DNA of 64,000 nt from positions 47,324-111,323 of IMG/VR virus record IMGVR_UViG_3300028859_000013. One strand, 5' to 3'. Under the pieces are notes generated by a model. It ran no database searches. It was given only the letters and a program-made list of their open reading frames with translations, and was not told where the DNA came from. Position numbers and translations under genes: made by a program. The DNA is from a virus. Positions 11,073 through 22,252 of this stretch are shown here, piece after piece; positions within the stretch are counted from its first letter, which is position 1, and each line of letters begins with the position of its first letter.

Positions 11073-11450
11073 ATGAAAAAAATAAAAACATTCGAAAATT
11101 TTACAGCACAAAATGAAATTAATGTTATTATTGATACTTCTGCAAGTATGTCAGATGATCAATTACAAAAAGCTATAACTGAAATAGATATGATAGATGA
11201 TTACTGTTGTAATATTAATGTTATACAAGTATCAGATAAAATTGATGATGTTACTGTAATTAATAATATACATAATTTATTATATTTGAAATTTAAATTT
11301 GGTGCTGGAGGTTCTGATTTACGTGCAGCAATAGATTATATTATTGATAATGACTTAAATGATAATAAAACATATATTATATCAGATTTCATTTTACCTA
11401 AAATAGATTTCTCAGAATTATCAGATTACGAAAAAATAGTAGTAGAATAA
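11073..11450 (+). CDS. vWA-like domain protein with CTS-like N-terminus
   Basis: IIDTSASMS MIDAS motif, GGGSDL, IISD. Confidence 0.7.
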   Translation: MKKIKTFENFTAQNEINVIIDTSASMSDDQLQKAITEIDMIDDYCCNINVIQVSDKIDDVTVINNIHNLLYLKFKFGAGGSDLRAAIDYIIDNDLNDNKTYIISDFILPKIDFSELSDYEKIVVE

Positions 11451-11491
11451 TTAATTTTATTCTTGATATATTATAAAATAAAATATGAAAT

Positions 11492-11743
11492 ATGAAATAC
11501 TTAAAAAAATATGAGATCGTTAATCAAAACCCAAAAATTGATGATTATGTTATTTTAAATGATATGCCATCAGTAATAGGTAGAATAAAAGAAGTCAATA
11601 GAAATTTTACATATTATATTAAATTTATAGGTAATAGTTATATTACTGATAGAAGAGTTTTTTCAACATCTGAGATTAAATATTGGAGCGAGAATAAGAA
11701 AGAATTAGAGTTAATAGCTGATACAAATAAATTTAACATATAA
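11492..11743 (+). CDS. CTS-like/KFNI family protein
   Basis: MKYLKKYE...NKFNI. Confidence 0.8.
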   Translation: MKYLKKYEIVNQNPKIDDYVILNDMPSVIGRIKEVNRNFTYYIKFIGNSYITDRRVFSTSEIKYWSENKKELELIADTNKFNI

Positions 11744-11753
11744 TATTTAAAAA

Positions 11754-12242
11754 ATGAAGACATATATACAATTTATAAAAGAAGATAATAATTAAAAATT
11801 ATCTGATGATAAATATGAAATTAAATATGAAAAATGGAAAAAATCAGATTATTCTGAATGTTATATGGCATATAACCTTTATAAAAATGATCAATTAGTA
11901 GCTGGTATTTCAAATGATAGTAAAGATAAAATGAAAGTTGTTGTTAGACACATTGAAAATTTTTCAACTGAAAAAGGAATGACAACAAAATTATTATTTA
12001 TGTTGTTAGATATGAATGTTTCTATTGATACTGGTAAACCAAATTATAATTCAATTTCAACTACTGCATATAATATGAATAAAAAAATAGTGGAAATAAT
12101 AAATAATAGTAAAGGTAAATATAAAGCAACTATTTTAGGTCCTGCTAATAATAAAGGCAAAGAAAATGAAGAAAAATATAAAGATGTCGCAGGTAAAAAT
12201 ACTAAATCAGATAATTATCATTATAGATTTCAAAAAATATAA
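11754..12242 (+). pseudogene. CTS-like protein interrupted by in-frame TAA at codon 14
   Basis: MKTYIQFIKEDNN*KLSDD... continues in frame into ORF 11865-12242. Confidence 0.65.
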
Positions 12243-12424
12243 TATATAAATCTATTATATATAAATATTTTTTTTTACTTTTTCATTTTTTATTAAAATA
12301 CTCAATATATAAGCACCTATTTAGGTAAATAAATTTATTTATTGGTTTTTTTCATTACAGTGTGTTAGATTTAATATATAGACTGAATTATATATTTAAT
12401 TTATAAAAAATAATCTAATAAAAA

Positions 12425-12988
12425 ATGGGATTAGCACACTTTACAGCAGTGGATACGGCAAGAGAAAAATGGGAACCTATTCACAAGAATCTATACGAGA
12501 CTACAATTATTTTACCAACTGTTCTCCAATCACTACATCCAAACGCAACACACTTACTTTTGGAAAATACAAAATCAGCAAAGTTTCCAGCTTATCCTGA
12601 TTTATCAACTGGTGTTCAAAGATTTAAATACTCTACAAGAGTTTTTATTATGATGCCAGAAAAAACACATATAGATGATTTATCTATTGTATTTAATCTT
12701 AACCAAAATGATGACTATCAAATATTTTGCTTTAAAATGCTAAAAGATTGGTACGATTTAGGCTGGAATAACGAAACTGGTACTCTTCATTATAAGAAAA
12801 ATACGGTTGGAGATATTATTATTCATGCTCATGATAAAGAAGGTAAAGTTATTCGTAGGGTAACATACCATAACGTTATGATGAAAAGCTTTACAGGATT
12901 TGAAGATCTAAGTTGGGAAAGTTCAACTGATATTTTCGACCTTACTGCAAACTTCGTTGCAGATTATTGGGAAGATTTCTACTATTAA
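12425..12988 (+). CDS. tail tube protein (T4 gp19-like)
   Basis: 187 aa; KDWYDL, LHYKK, LSWES, FVADYW; sheath-tube-hub synteny. Confidence 0.85.
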   Translation: MGLAHFTAVDTAREKWEPIHKNLYETTIILPTVLQSLHPNATHLLLENTKSAKFPAYPDLSTGVQRFKYSTRVFIMMPEKTHIDDLSIVFNLNQNDDYQIFCFKMLKDWYDLGWNNETGTLHYKKNTVGDIIIHAHDKEGKVIRRVTYHNVMMKSFTGFEDLSWESSTDIFDLTANFVADYWEDFYY

Positions 12989-13102
12989 AATTTTATGAAT
13001 TTTTAAAAATTAATAGGTATAAAAACCTATTAATTTTTAAATTTTTAGATTACTGGGAAGAAAATAAATTAAACAAAAAACAAAAAATCATATATATAAA
13101 AT

Positions 13103-13789
13103 ATGAAAAAAATATGTAGAATTTGTAAAGAAAATAAAGAATTAAGTGAGTTTCATAAAAAATGTAATACTTTTGATGGTCATAGAAGTGAATGTAAAGA
13201 ATGTATTAAAGATATTCAAAAAAAATATAAAGAAAAACCTGATTTTAAAGAAAAAAGAAAAGAATATGATAAAGATCGTTATGATGAAAATAGAGAAAAA
13301 ATATTAGATAGGAAAAAAGAATATCACATTGAAAACAGAGAAAAAATATTGGAGAAAAAAAAGGAATATCATAGTAAACCAGAAGTAAAAGAAAAAATGA
13401 AGGATTATAGTAAATATTATAGAACAGAATGTAAAGATAAGTTTTATAAGTATAGGAACAACAATCCTCACATTATAGTATGGCGTTCGGTATTAAATTC
13501 CACGTTAAAGAGATTAGGAACTATGAAGGAGGGTAACACGATAGATATATTAGGTTATTCTGCATTAGAGTTAAAGGAGCACATTGAGAATTTATTTACT
13601 CCTGGAATGACTTGGAATAATCATGGTGATTGGCATATAGATCATATAATAGGTGTTATAAATTTTACCAGTGATTCTGACATTAGGGAAGTATGTTCAT
13701 TAAGTAATTTACGTCCATTATGGTCGACTACGAGGGAGATAGATGGTATAATATATGAAGGAAATTTAAACAGGAGTAAGATTAATTAG
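13103..13789 (+). CDS. HNH homing endonuclease
   Basis: N-term CxxC..CxxC, basic linker, GMTWNNHGDWHIDHI..NLRPLW. Confidence 0.8.
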   Translation: MKKICRICKENKELSEFHKKCNTFDGHRSECKECIKDIQKKYKEKPDFKEKRKEYDKDRYDENREKILDRKKEYHIENREKILEKKKEYHSKPEVKEKMKDYSKYYRTECKDKFYKYRNNNPHIIVWRSVLNSTLKRLGTMKEGNTIDILGYSALELKEHIENLFTPGMTWNNHGDWHIDHIIGVINFTSDSDIREVCSLSNLRPLWSTTREIDGIIYEGNLNRSKIN

Positions 13790-13801
13790 AAAAAGATTCC
13801 A

Positions 13802-14017
13802 TTAGGAATCTTTTTCTATATTTTTAGGTTTTTTATCGAACATTACGATTAATGCGATTGCTGCAAAAATATCTACCCATAATATATTAATTGGATGTAT
13901 ACCTATTAGTCCGCATGTTGCTCCGATAATAAATGCTACAGTTATTGGAATTAAAGCATACCATTTCCAGCCTTTTCTCCACACTAAGATTGTTAAAATA
14001 ATTTCTATTATACCCAT
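13802..14017 (-). CDS. small membrane protein
   Basis: 71 aa, 2-3 hydrophobic segments. Confidence 0.65.
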   Translation of the reverse strand: MGIIEIILTILVWRKGWKWYALIPITVAFIIGATCGLIGIHPINILWVDIFAAIALIVMFDKKPKNIEKDS

Positions 14018-14062
14018 AATTTATTTTTATTTTTTATATAGAAATAGATTATTAAAGTTTAA

Positions 14063-15163
14063 TTAAAAATAATAGTTATCATCATAGAAATCTGATAAAA
14101 AATTTAGCCAAGCATTTATTGCATTTTCATTATATTTTTTAAGAGATATTAAGTTTTTCTTAGTATATGATTCTTTATTTTTTATAGTATTACTTAGTTG
14201 TTTACACATTGAGTTTACACTATTTGGATCTGATATTCCTGTAGATACCCAATTTATTTCGTTTGATACTACAACAGGAACGTTCATAAATACAGCATCT
14301 GCTGTTACGATATTAAATGTTTCAGTTAATGATACTTGCATTAATATATCCATTTTACTTAGTAGATTAAGAAAGTTTTCTCTATTTAGCCATTCAATTT
14401 CGATTAAGTTATGTTTAGTATTATTGAATAATGCTTTAATATTTTTATAAACATTAGCGCCAGATTGTTCTAGTCTACTATAATTGATATAGAAATTTAC
14501 AATTGTATTATTTTCTTCTCCAAATTTTATAGCTGCAACAGCTTGGTTTAGTTGATTTTTCAATGGTCTAATTGCGCCGAAGCATCCAATATTATATGAT
14601 TCTTTAATTTTTATTTTTGAAAATAATTTAAAAAAATTACCACATTTTTTTTTAATTATAATATCTTCATATATATTTGGTAGATATATATTTTTTATGC
14701 CTATTGAATTTAGATCTTTATGAGTTATTTCATTATTAAATGAAACTTCAACATTTTCAATTTTCAAATATTCTTTAATCCATGTAATAGCGATTCCTTC
14801 CATTGCTAAAAATGGAATTTTACTATGTATTCTTATAATAAATTTTATATTTGGATATAATTTATGTAATTCTGATATTTTTTCAGGAGTTACCCAAATT
14901 GCTTCAATTATACATATATTTGGTTTTATTTTGAATAATTTATTATCAATGTCGTTACCATCAATACACAATTCTACATCAGATTGAATATTTGGTAGAG
15001 TTGATATAAAATTTGAAACAAGTCTAGCAGAATTATACAATCCAGATTTTAATTTACCAAATGAATAATCTGGTGAATCATTATAGCCTGAATTGTCACT
15101 ATACTCCGAATTATAGTCTGAGCAATAAGTTTGAGATTTTTTAAGTAAGAATAAAATTTTCAT
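14063..15163 (-). CDS. glycosyltransferase (GT-B, family 4-like)
   Basis: IGCFGAIRPLKN; SLTETFNIVTADA..VPVVVS. Confidence 0.85.
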   Translation of the reverse strand: MKILFLLKKSQTYCSDYNSEYSDNSGYNDSPDYSFGKLKSGLYNSARLVSNFISTLPNIQSDVELCIDGNDIDNKLFKIKPNICIIEAIWVTPEKISELHKLYPNIKFIIRIHSKIPFLAMEGIAITWIKEYLKIENVEVSFNNEITHKDLNSIGIKNIYLPNIYEDIIIKKKCGNFFKLFSKIKIKESYNIGCFGAIRPLKNQLNQAVAAIKFGEENNTIVNFYINYSRLEQSGANVYKNIKALFNNTKHNLIEIEWLNRENFLNLLSKMDILMQVSLTETFNIVTADAVFMNVPVVVSNEINWVSTGISDPNSVNSMCKQLSNTIKNKESYTKKNLISLKKYNENAINAWLNFLSDFYDDNYYF

Positions 15164-15339
15164 ATATAAGTTTTTTTTTTAATTGTTAAATAAGTTTTAA
15201 TATTTTTTATAACTTATATATAAAAATATATTGTTAAATAATTGATAAAATACTAATTATTATGATATAAAAATAAAAAAATATATTTTTATGGTGGGAC
15301 AGAATCTTTTTTATATATAATCAAAAAATAATTAATTAT

Positions 15340-16296
15340 ATGAGTAATAATTCAAATAATAAGAAAGAAGAAGATGCATTATCTTATTTAGAAAATAATT
15401 TTGTTGATGATAAAGATGATATTGTTTCTATAAAAAAGCCAGATATGTCATATTTAGATAATAATGTACCATCTAATGAATATATTATTATTCCATTAAA
15501 TATTTTACCTTGCGGAATATTTTATAAAAATGGTACAAAAATTAGTATTAGAGCGGCTAGAGTACAGGAAGTTCAGGCTTATTCGGTAGTTGATGATAAG
15601 AATTACCTTGATATTACTGAAAAAATGAATCAGATATTAAGTGGATGTGTAAGATTTTTTAATCCAAATGGCAAACAAGGTTCATATAAAGATATTAGAG
15701 ATGGTGATAGATTATTTCTAATTTTCATGATTAGAGAATTAACATTTCCAGGTGGTAAAAATTTATCAAAAGAAGTTGTATGTGGTAATTGTGGTAATGA
15801 ATTTAAGATGGAATTAAGAGCAACAAGTTCAACTACTGTAGAGAAATCTTTTGTAAATCATGATATACCTGAAAAATTAAAGAAATTTTTTGATCCTATT
15901 AATAAAGTTTTTGTATTTAAAATTGATGGAGTTGATTATAATTTAGCTCCTCCTACAATTGGAATTCAGGAAACATTTTTTGGAGATATTAAAAATAAAA
16001 TTCAAGGAGAAAAAAATCCAAACGTTGCATTTTTGAAATTGGAATCATTTTTGTTACATGATAGAAATAACATAACAGAAGATGGTATAAAAGTAAAAGA
16101 GCAAGAATTTAAAAGAATGGATATGAAAACTTTTCAAATTTTAAATCAAGCAGTTAATCAAATGTTATTTGGTATAAAAGAAATGAAAAATCAGTGTCCA
16201 AGTTGTGGAATGGAGGTCCATACTGATATGAGCTTTCCCACAGGAGCCTCAAATATTTTCGTTATTCCAGATGCCTTTGGAGACTATTTTGGATAA
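15340..16296 (+). CDS. baseplate hub protein (T4 gp26-like)
   Basis: LP..G.FY, GDRLFLIFMIR, two CxxC pairs. Confidence 0.7.
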   Translation: MSNNSNNKKEEDALSYLENNFVDDKDDIVSIKKPDMSYLDNNVPSNEYIIIPLNILPCGIFYKNGTKISIRAARVQEVQAYSVVDDKNYLDITEKMNQILSGCVRFFNPNGKQGSYKDIRDGDRLFLIFMIRELTFPGGKNLSKEVVCGNCGNEFKMELRATSSTTVEKSFVNHDIPEKLKKFFDPINKVFVFKIDGVDYNLAPPTIGIQETFFGDIKNKIQGEKNPNVAFLKLESFLLHDRNNITEDGIKVKEQEFKRMDMKTFQILNQAVNQMLFGIKEMKNQCPSCGMEVHTDMSFPTGASNIFVIPDAFGDYFG

Positions 16297-16525
16297 TAAA
16301 TTTGGATTTATGGATGTTGATCATATTGCGCCTAGATATATAGATGAATTAGCTTGGTGGGAATATGAAGAATATGTAAAAAGATTAAATGCTAGAATTG
16401 AAAGAGATAATAAGCAGCAAAAAGAAACATCATCATCAACTGATAATTCAAGTATGTCAAATTATGCTAATAAAATGCCTAATATGAATTCTATGATGAA
16501 CAATCTTGGTAAATATAAACCTTAA
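16271..16525 (+). CDS. baseplate hub assembly protein (gp51-like)
   Basis: IDELAWWEYEEYVKRL, overlaps gp26-like gene. Confidence 0.55.
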   Translation: MPLETILDNKFGFMDVDHIAPRYIDELAWWEYEEYVKRLNARIERDNKQQKETSSSTDNSSMSNYANKMPNMNSMMNNLGKYKP

Positions 16526-16736
16526 TAAAAAATCACTATTTTTTAATAGTGATTTTTTATATATATCGAATCCAGAACATAAAAAATATTATAAATTATA
16601 TTATTAAAAAATATTCTGATTTCATGAAAGAAGTATAAATTGAAAGAAGTATAAAAAATTTTTTAATTTATAAAAATATTGTTAATTTAATTGATTTTTT
16701 ATATTTATATATATACCAAATTAAAAAATTATAAGC

Positions 16737-16943
16737 ATGTCAAGAATAAATACTTATAGACAATTTTTAAATGAATTATTTACTATAACATCTGATGAAT
16801 TGCCTATAATTGATGATATGGCAGATAATATACATTGGAGAAAAGGTGATAAATTTGCGTTTATTGATTTTAATGGAATAAAAGATATCCCAATTAGTAT
16901 TAATAATAAGGAATTAATAAATACTACTATTAAAAATAAATAA
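16737..16943 (+). CDS. small CTS-like protein
   Basis: MSRINTYRQFLNE. Confidence 0.55.
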   Translation: MSRINTYRQFLNELFTITSDELPIIDDMADNIHWRKGDKFAFIDFNGIKDIPISINNKELINTTIKNK

Positions 16944-16956
16944 TAATTTATACTTT

Positions 16957-17430
16957 ATGATAAATTTTGATGAATATATAACAGAACTCAAATCTAATAA
17001 GCAAAAAACTCATAAACTTTCTGGAGTAGTTTTAATATGTAATAATAAGATATTATTAGTAAGACCAAAAAAGTTTAAGAAAAAAGAAAAAAAATGGTCT
17101 ATTCCTAAGGGACATGTTGAAGATGATATGAGTATAATAAAAACTGCAATTATAGAATTAAGAGAAGAAGCAGGAATAAAATTATCGAAGAAACAGATGA
17201 AATCAAGTGATAAATTTGTTATAAAATATGAAAAATCTGGAGTTAATAAAATATTAACTTGTTATGTTGTAGATATTGAATATGGTGATATTAACATTAA
17301 ATTAGTTAATGATATGATTTTAAAAAATTTTTTAAAGAATGAAATTATAGAAGCTGGATTTTTTTCAAAAGAAGATGCAGAAAAACTTATAGAATCACAA
17401 CAATTAGAAATTTTAAAAATTTTAAAATAA
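16957..17430 (+). CDS. NUDIX hydrolase with CTS-like N-terminus
   Basis: WSIPKGHVE..TAIIELREEAG Nudix box; MINFDEYITE. Confidence 0.85.
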   Translation: MINFDEYITELKSNKQKTHKLSGVVLICNNKILLVRPKKFKKKEKKWSIPKGHVEDDMSIIKTAIIELREEAGIKLSKKQMKSSDKFVIKYEKSGVNKILTCYVVDIEYGDINIKLVNDMILKNFLKNEIIEAGFFSKEDAEKLIESQQLEILKILK

Positions 17431-17431
17431 T

Positions 17432-18322
17432 ATGAAAAAAGAAATTGCATTTTTTGATTTAGATAATACACTTTGGTATATAAAGAGTGATATTTGGTTA
17501 ATTGATAAAAATAAACCATCTATACCTATATTAAAAATTTCTCCTATTGAATTTGCATTAATAAATAATGGAATTTATTCAAAAGATGAATTATCTATTG
17601 ATTATAATGGAGAAACTTTTTTTATATCTAAAGATATGTTAGAACGAGTTCAAAGAAAGCACAGAAATATTAGATTATCAAATTTAGGGATATCTTATAG
17701 TGAGTTTTTTAATGAAGATATTTTAAATAGTAAAGAAGTACAATTATTATTAGATAATGTTAAGCATCTTATTGGTAAAAATATAGAAATAGGAGTTTTA
17801 ACAGCAAGAAGTGATAGAAAAAAACATGCAAATTTATTAAATAAATTAAGAGAAAAATTAAAAGAGTATGGTTTAGAAATAAGTAAAATATATTTTGTTT
17901 CTGAATCAATTAGATCTACTGGATTTATGGATAAAATAATTTATGATAAAAATAAAATTTTATTGGAGCATTTAATTGGTTTGACAATTGAAGATAAACG
18001 TTTTATTCCTGTTAAAAAAGAAGCTTATGATAAAGTTTATTTTTATGATGATGTTAAATCTAATTTTTTAAATACTAATAATTTACAAGATTATTTTGAT
18101 TTTTTGATTAGAAATAGTGACGATGAATGTATTGAATATATTAATAATAGATTACAAAATAATAATATATTTTTAATAAATAATTTAATAAGTAATAATA
18201 CAGTAAATCCATTTGAATCAAAAACAATAGAATTGAAGCCTCCTATTAAATTTCCTATTAAAGTTTCTGATAATAAATTAACTGTTAAATTTGAGAATTT
18301 TAAAAATATTAATCTCTACTAA
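17432..18322 (+). CDS. HAD-superfamily protein
   Basis: FFDLDNTL, LTAR, FYDD motifs. Confidence 0.7.
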   Translation: MKKEIAFFDLDNTLWYIKSDIWLIDKNKPSIPILKISPIEFALINNGIYSKDELSIDYNGETFFISKDMLERVQRKHRNIRLSNLGISYSEFFNEDILNSKEVQLLLDNVKHLIGKNIEIGVLTARSDRKKHANLLNKLREKLKEYGLEISKIYFVSESIRSTGFMDKIIYDKNKILLEHLIGLTIEDKRFIPVKKEAYDKVYFYDDVKSNFLNTNNLQDYFDFLIRNSDDECIEYINNRLQNNNIFLINNLISNNTVNPFESKTIELKPPIKFPIKVSDNKLTVKFENFKNINLY

Positions 18323-19760
18323 TTTTAACTGTTGATGTTGCAATTTTTCCAGTTCCGTCAGTTACTTTTACAGTATAATTTGAAATCTCAATTAATGGTG
18401 TTATCAAAGTTTTAGATATATATGGTATATATGGTGTTAATGTTCTAGTACCATCGTCATAATCAAGATTAGGATCATTTGCTATTATATTGCCATATGA
18501 ATCTGTCCATTCAAATGTATAATTATAATCACCTCCATTTGCTGTTACACTTAGAATTGCTATTTGATTAATTTTTACATGATCAGGATTTGCTGTTGCT
18601 GTTATTTTAAATTGTACATTATCTGAACGTTTTTTTATTTTATTAAATAATGCTATTATAACCGCTAAAATAGCGAATATACTTGTTATAGAATCAGTTA
18701 TAGATTTAATTATTGCTAATATTCCTGTAATGGTTGCAATTATACCTACCAAAAATGTCATAGGTAATAAATAACCTATTATATCAAATGATGCTAAAAA
18801 AGGAAATATTTCACCTATTTTTGATTTTAAAGTTTTTATTGCCATCATCATAGTTTTTACAGCGGTTAATGCTGTTGGCATTCCAGCTCCAAATGGTAAT
18901 ATTATAACTGATGATACTAATGATGTTAGTGCTAATGCTATAGTTACTGTAGTATCAGCTATCAAATCAATAAATTCTCCTAATTTTATACCTAATTGTA
19001 TTAATGAATCTTTTAATTCTTTTATCCATTTATCAATTTGCTTTGATATTGGATGTGAATCATCAATAGGTTTGTGATAATTATCGTCTGTTGGTTTTGA
19101 TACACAACTTGGATCTAAAATATCATTATCATATAAAATTCCATTTTTATAATATAATTTTCCATATATAAATAATTGAGCATCTTCTTCTGTCATTAAT
19201 GGATTTGATATTAATAATACCTTTTTAGCTGTTTGTCTTTTTGTTAACAATAAAGGTTCAATAGTATTCCATAAAATAGTTGTCACATCTTTTATTGCAG
19301 ATAATCCTAATCCTTGTAGAATAATCATATCATTCTTTATTCCATCTATAATCTTTGTTAATTCATCCGTACCTAAACTTATAGTATTACCTGTTATTCC
19401 AGATGTTACTCCTGATATTATCGTTGTTCCTGATGTTGATCCTGACCTTGCTATAGCATCTATACTAAAATTTGATGTTGTATTATTACTTGATGTTATA
19501 CCTGATATAGATGAATTGTAAGTACCGTCATAGTAACCTGTAAATGGATATATCATAAATGGATTACTTGTTGTATAATTTTGATATCTATTTATATCAC
19601 TTTTAATTGTTTGTATTGCTCCATCTATTCCATGATATTCAATTCCATTAATTGAAGGATTGAAGTCCGAAGAAAATAGTTTAGTATCTATAACTACTCC
19701 ATTATATCTTATTTCTATATAAATTGTATCTCCTACTATATGACCTATAAATTCGAACAT
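18309..19760 (-). CDS. putative membrane/virion protein with hydrophobic helices and C-terminal Ig-like domain
   Basis: long hydrophobic stretch; C-term YTFEW..YTVKVTDG. Confidence 0.6.
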   Translation of the reverse strand: MFEFIGHIVGDTIYIEIRYNGVVIDTKLFSSDFNPSINGIEYHGIDGAIQTIKSDINRYQNYTTSNPFMIYPFTGYYDGTYNSSISGITSSNNTTSNFSIDAIARSGSTSGTTIISGVTSGITGNTISLGTDELTKIIDGIKNDMIILQGLGLSAIKDVTTILWNTIEPLLLTKRQTAKKVLLISNPLMTEEDAQLFIYGKLYYKNGILYDNDILDPSCVSKPTDDNYHKPIDDSHPISKQIDKWIKELKDSLIQLGIKLGEFIDLIADTTVTIALALTSLVSSVIILPFGAGMPTALTAVKTMMMAIKTLKSKIGEIFPFLASFDIIGYLLPMTFLVGIIATITGILAIIKSITDSITSIFAILAVIIALFNKIKKRSDNVQFKITATANPDHVKINQIAILSVTANGGDYNYTFEWTDSYGNIIANDPNLDYDDGTRTLTPYIPYISKTLITPLIEISNYTVKVTDGTGKIATSTVKISRD

Positions 19761-19847
19761 ATTAATTTTTTAATTTTAAATATATATATAAAAATATTAA
19801 TGTTATATTTCATTTTTAAATTTTTATATATAAAATAAAATTTTTAT

Positions 19848-21086
19848 ATGAAAAATATATATTCAAAAAATGAATTTTTAAATATTCATAATGATAGTAA
19901 TTTAACAAATGAAGGATTATTTAATTTTATAGGTAAATTATTTAATACTATTTCAACTTACATAAAAAAAGTAAAAGGAGGACAAGAAATTCAAGATATT
20001 TATAATAAATTTCTAACAAAAATTAATGATGATATTAAAAAGAAAGTTCAAGTAGATTTAAGTTTAACTGCAGATAATCAAATAAAAACTACTATAACTA
20101 CTACGATAGCAACTACTCCAATAGTTACTACAAATACTACTACAGTACCTGTAAAAGAAAATAATATCGTAAGGGTACATTTAAAAAATAAATTAAATGA
20201 AGCAGATGTTGCGACAGCAGTTAATAACGTGAAAAATGTAGTAAATCAAGCTAAAGATGCTATAAATCCAAGCATAGAAAAAAAAGAAGCAGGAACAAAT
20301 GTAAAAATGACTATAGATGCATTAAAGAGCAAAGGTAATCTTATTCAACAAATAATTGATACAGACGCTGCTGTTGCAAGAAATGAAATGAATAGAGTAC
20401 TAGCTAAGTATGGTGGACAAGAAAAAAATCCAAAATTAGCTGTTATTATAGGAAATAAAATAGATGAGTTTAAATTAGCATATTTAAATGCTAAAATAAA
20501 AATATATGACGCTGGCGGAGATAGAACAGCTTCACTTGCTGTAGCTAAAAATAGAGATGTATTATCTAAACAATTAGATGAAAAATGGAAAAACTTATCA
20601 AAAGAACAGCCTGCTGGTCAATCAACAGATTTAAAAATTGGAGATACTGTTAAATTTCATTCTGATGCGTTGAATAAAGATGTTGAAGAAAAAATAATTA
20701 AAGTTGAAGGAGATACGTTAACATTTAAAGGAGATAAAGGAGATTTTACTAAAAAGAAAACTGAGGTAACTAAAATAGTACCAGTAGAAACCCCTGCTAA
20801 ACCTGTTGAATTTAAAGTTGGAGATAAAATTACTTGGAAGCCAGATGGTCAAGATAAAGAAATTATTAGAACTATAACAAAAGTAGATAAAGATATATTA
20901 ACTTTTAAGCAAGGAGATGAACAAGATGGACAAGAGCAAACTAAAAAATCAAGTGATGTTAAAAAAATAGAAGCACAGCCAGCGTCAGCACAAGTTCAGA
21001 AAGCAGCGCCAATAACACCTGCAGCACCAATTACACCTGCAGCACCAATTACACCTGCAGCGCCAATAACACCTGCAGCAAAATAA
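19848..21086 (+). CDS. putative internal head protein
   Basis: NEFL..NEGLF start, two K(I/V)GD repeats, PITPAA tail. Confidence 0.6.
   Translation: MKNIYSKNEFLNIHNDSNLTNEGLFNFIGKLFNTISTYIKKVKGGQEIQDIYNKFLTKINDDIKKKVQVDLSLTADNQIKTTITTTIATTPIVTTNTTTVPVKENNIVRVHLKNKLNEADVATAVNNVKNVVNQAKDAINPSIEKKEAGTNVKMTIDALKSKGNLIQQIIDTDAAVARNEMNRVLAKYGGQEKNPKLAVIIGNKIDEFKLAYLNAKIKIYDAGGDRTASLAVAKNRDVLSKQLDEKWKNLSKEQPAGQSTDLKIGDTVKFHSDALNKDVEEKIIKVEGDTLTFKGDKGDFTKKKTEVTKIVPVETPAKPVEFKVGDKITWKPDGQDKEIIRTITKVDKDILTFKQGDEQDGQEQTKKSSDVKKIEAQPASAQVQKAAPITPAAPITPAAPITPAAPITPAAK
21003..21080 (+). repeat. 18-bp coding tandem repeat (AAPITP x4)
   Basis: gcagc(g/a)ccaat(a/t)acacct units. Confidence 0.85.
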
Positions 21087-21110
21087 AATAAAATAAAATA
21101 AAATAAAATA

Positions 21111-22001
21111 ATGAATATAATATTATATAATAATTTTTTAATAGAGAATGCTGAATCTTCTATATCTGATTTTTTGAAAACTCAATATAATCATATATTT
21201 CCAGATCCTACTCAATCATTAAATAATCTATTTTCTGATTTTAATAAAAAATTATATACAGAAAAAAATATTTCTAATTTATATCAGATGTATTTGAAAT
21301 CAAGTCAAACTCTTACTCAAAATGAAATTAATAATGCTACTGATATTATTGGAGTAGATAAAATATTAACAGAAAGCATTAAATATTTTTATTTTTCTTT
21401 GAAACCAATTATAAATAAATTACAAAATGATCAATTTACAGTTACTGAAATATTTGGAAGATCAAGGGATAAAAGATTAGCTACATTAATGAGTTATTCC
21501 GAAGATCAATTTACAAATGCAGCAGCAACATATGCATCAACAGTAATTACCGAAATTAAAACATCTGCAGGTATAAATTCAAATACAGGTACAACTACTA
21601 CTAACACTACTAGTGTGAATCCAAATACTAGTACCAATACTACAACTGTTATACAAACTACATCAGAATCTATAACAGATAGAATAAACTATAAAATTAA
21701 TAGAATATTAGAAGCCGATAATATTGTTAATAATACAAATTTAATAAATTATAAGAAATCTGCAATAAATTGGATAAATATATCATTATTTGATATGATA
21801 AAACCTAAAATTCAGTTATTGAGTCAAATAAGTGCTAATACAAGTAATAGCGTTGATCAATTATCAACTCAAATGAAAGGTACAACTAACGAAAATGCAA
21901 AAAAGATTATTCTTAATAAAATTCTTAATATGAATAAAGAAGAATTACAAACATTAGTAAATACATTAGGATTAACAAAAGAGCAATTGGGAGATTTATA
22001 A
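21111..22001 (+). CDS. CTS-like protein with Thr/Asn-rich linker
   Basis: MNIILYNNFLIE start. Confidence 0.65.
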   Translation: MNIILYNNFLIENAESSISDFLKTQYNHIFPDPTQSLNNLFSDFNKKLYTEKNISNLYQMYLKSSQTLTQNEINNATDIIGVDKILTESIKYFYFSLKPIINKLQNDQFTVTEIFGRSRDKRLATLMSYSEDQFTNAAATYASTVITEIKTSAGINSNTGTTTTNTTSVNPNTSTNTTTVIQTTSESITDRINYKINRILEADNIVNNTNLINYKKSAINWINISLFDMIKPKIQLLSQISANTSNSVDQLSTQMKGTTNENAKKIILNKILNMNKEELQTLVNTLGLTKEQLGDL

Positions 22002-22252
22002 AAAACTAAATAAAATGAAAATATAAAAATTTGAAGCATATAAATATAGAGGTAAAAAATTAGATATTATAAATAGAAAGGAATTTATAAGTGTAATTTC
22101 TTCATCTTTTGCATCTGATATGTTTGAATTCCAAAATAATGGAAATAGTTATTATACTGATTCAGAAATTTTACTAATTTATTTGATGAATAATGAAACA
22201 GGAGAAGAAAAAACAATTAGATTGGATTTATCTGATATGGGAATTGAAATAG

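Noticed and set aside
21003-21110. CRISPR-like array
   Set aside because: Contiguous coding repeats and an (AAAAT)n run with no spacers; no cas genes in the window.
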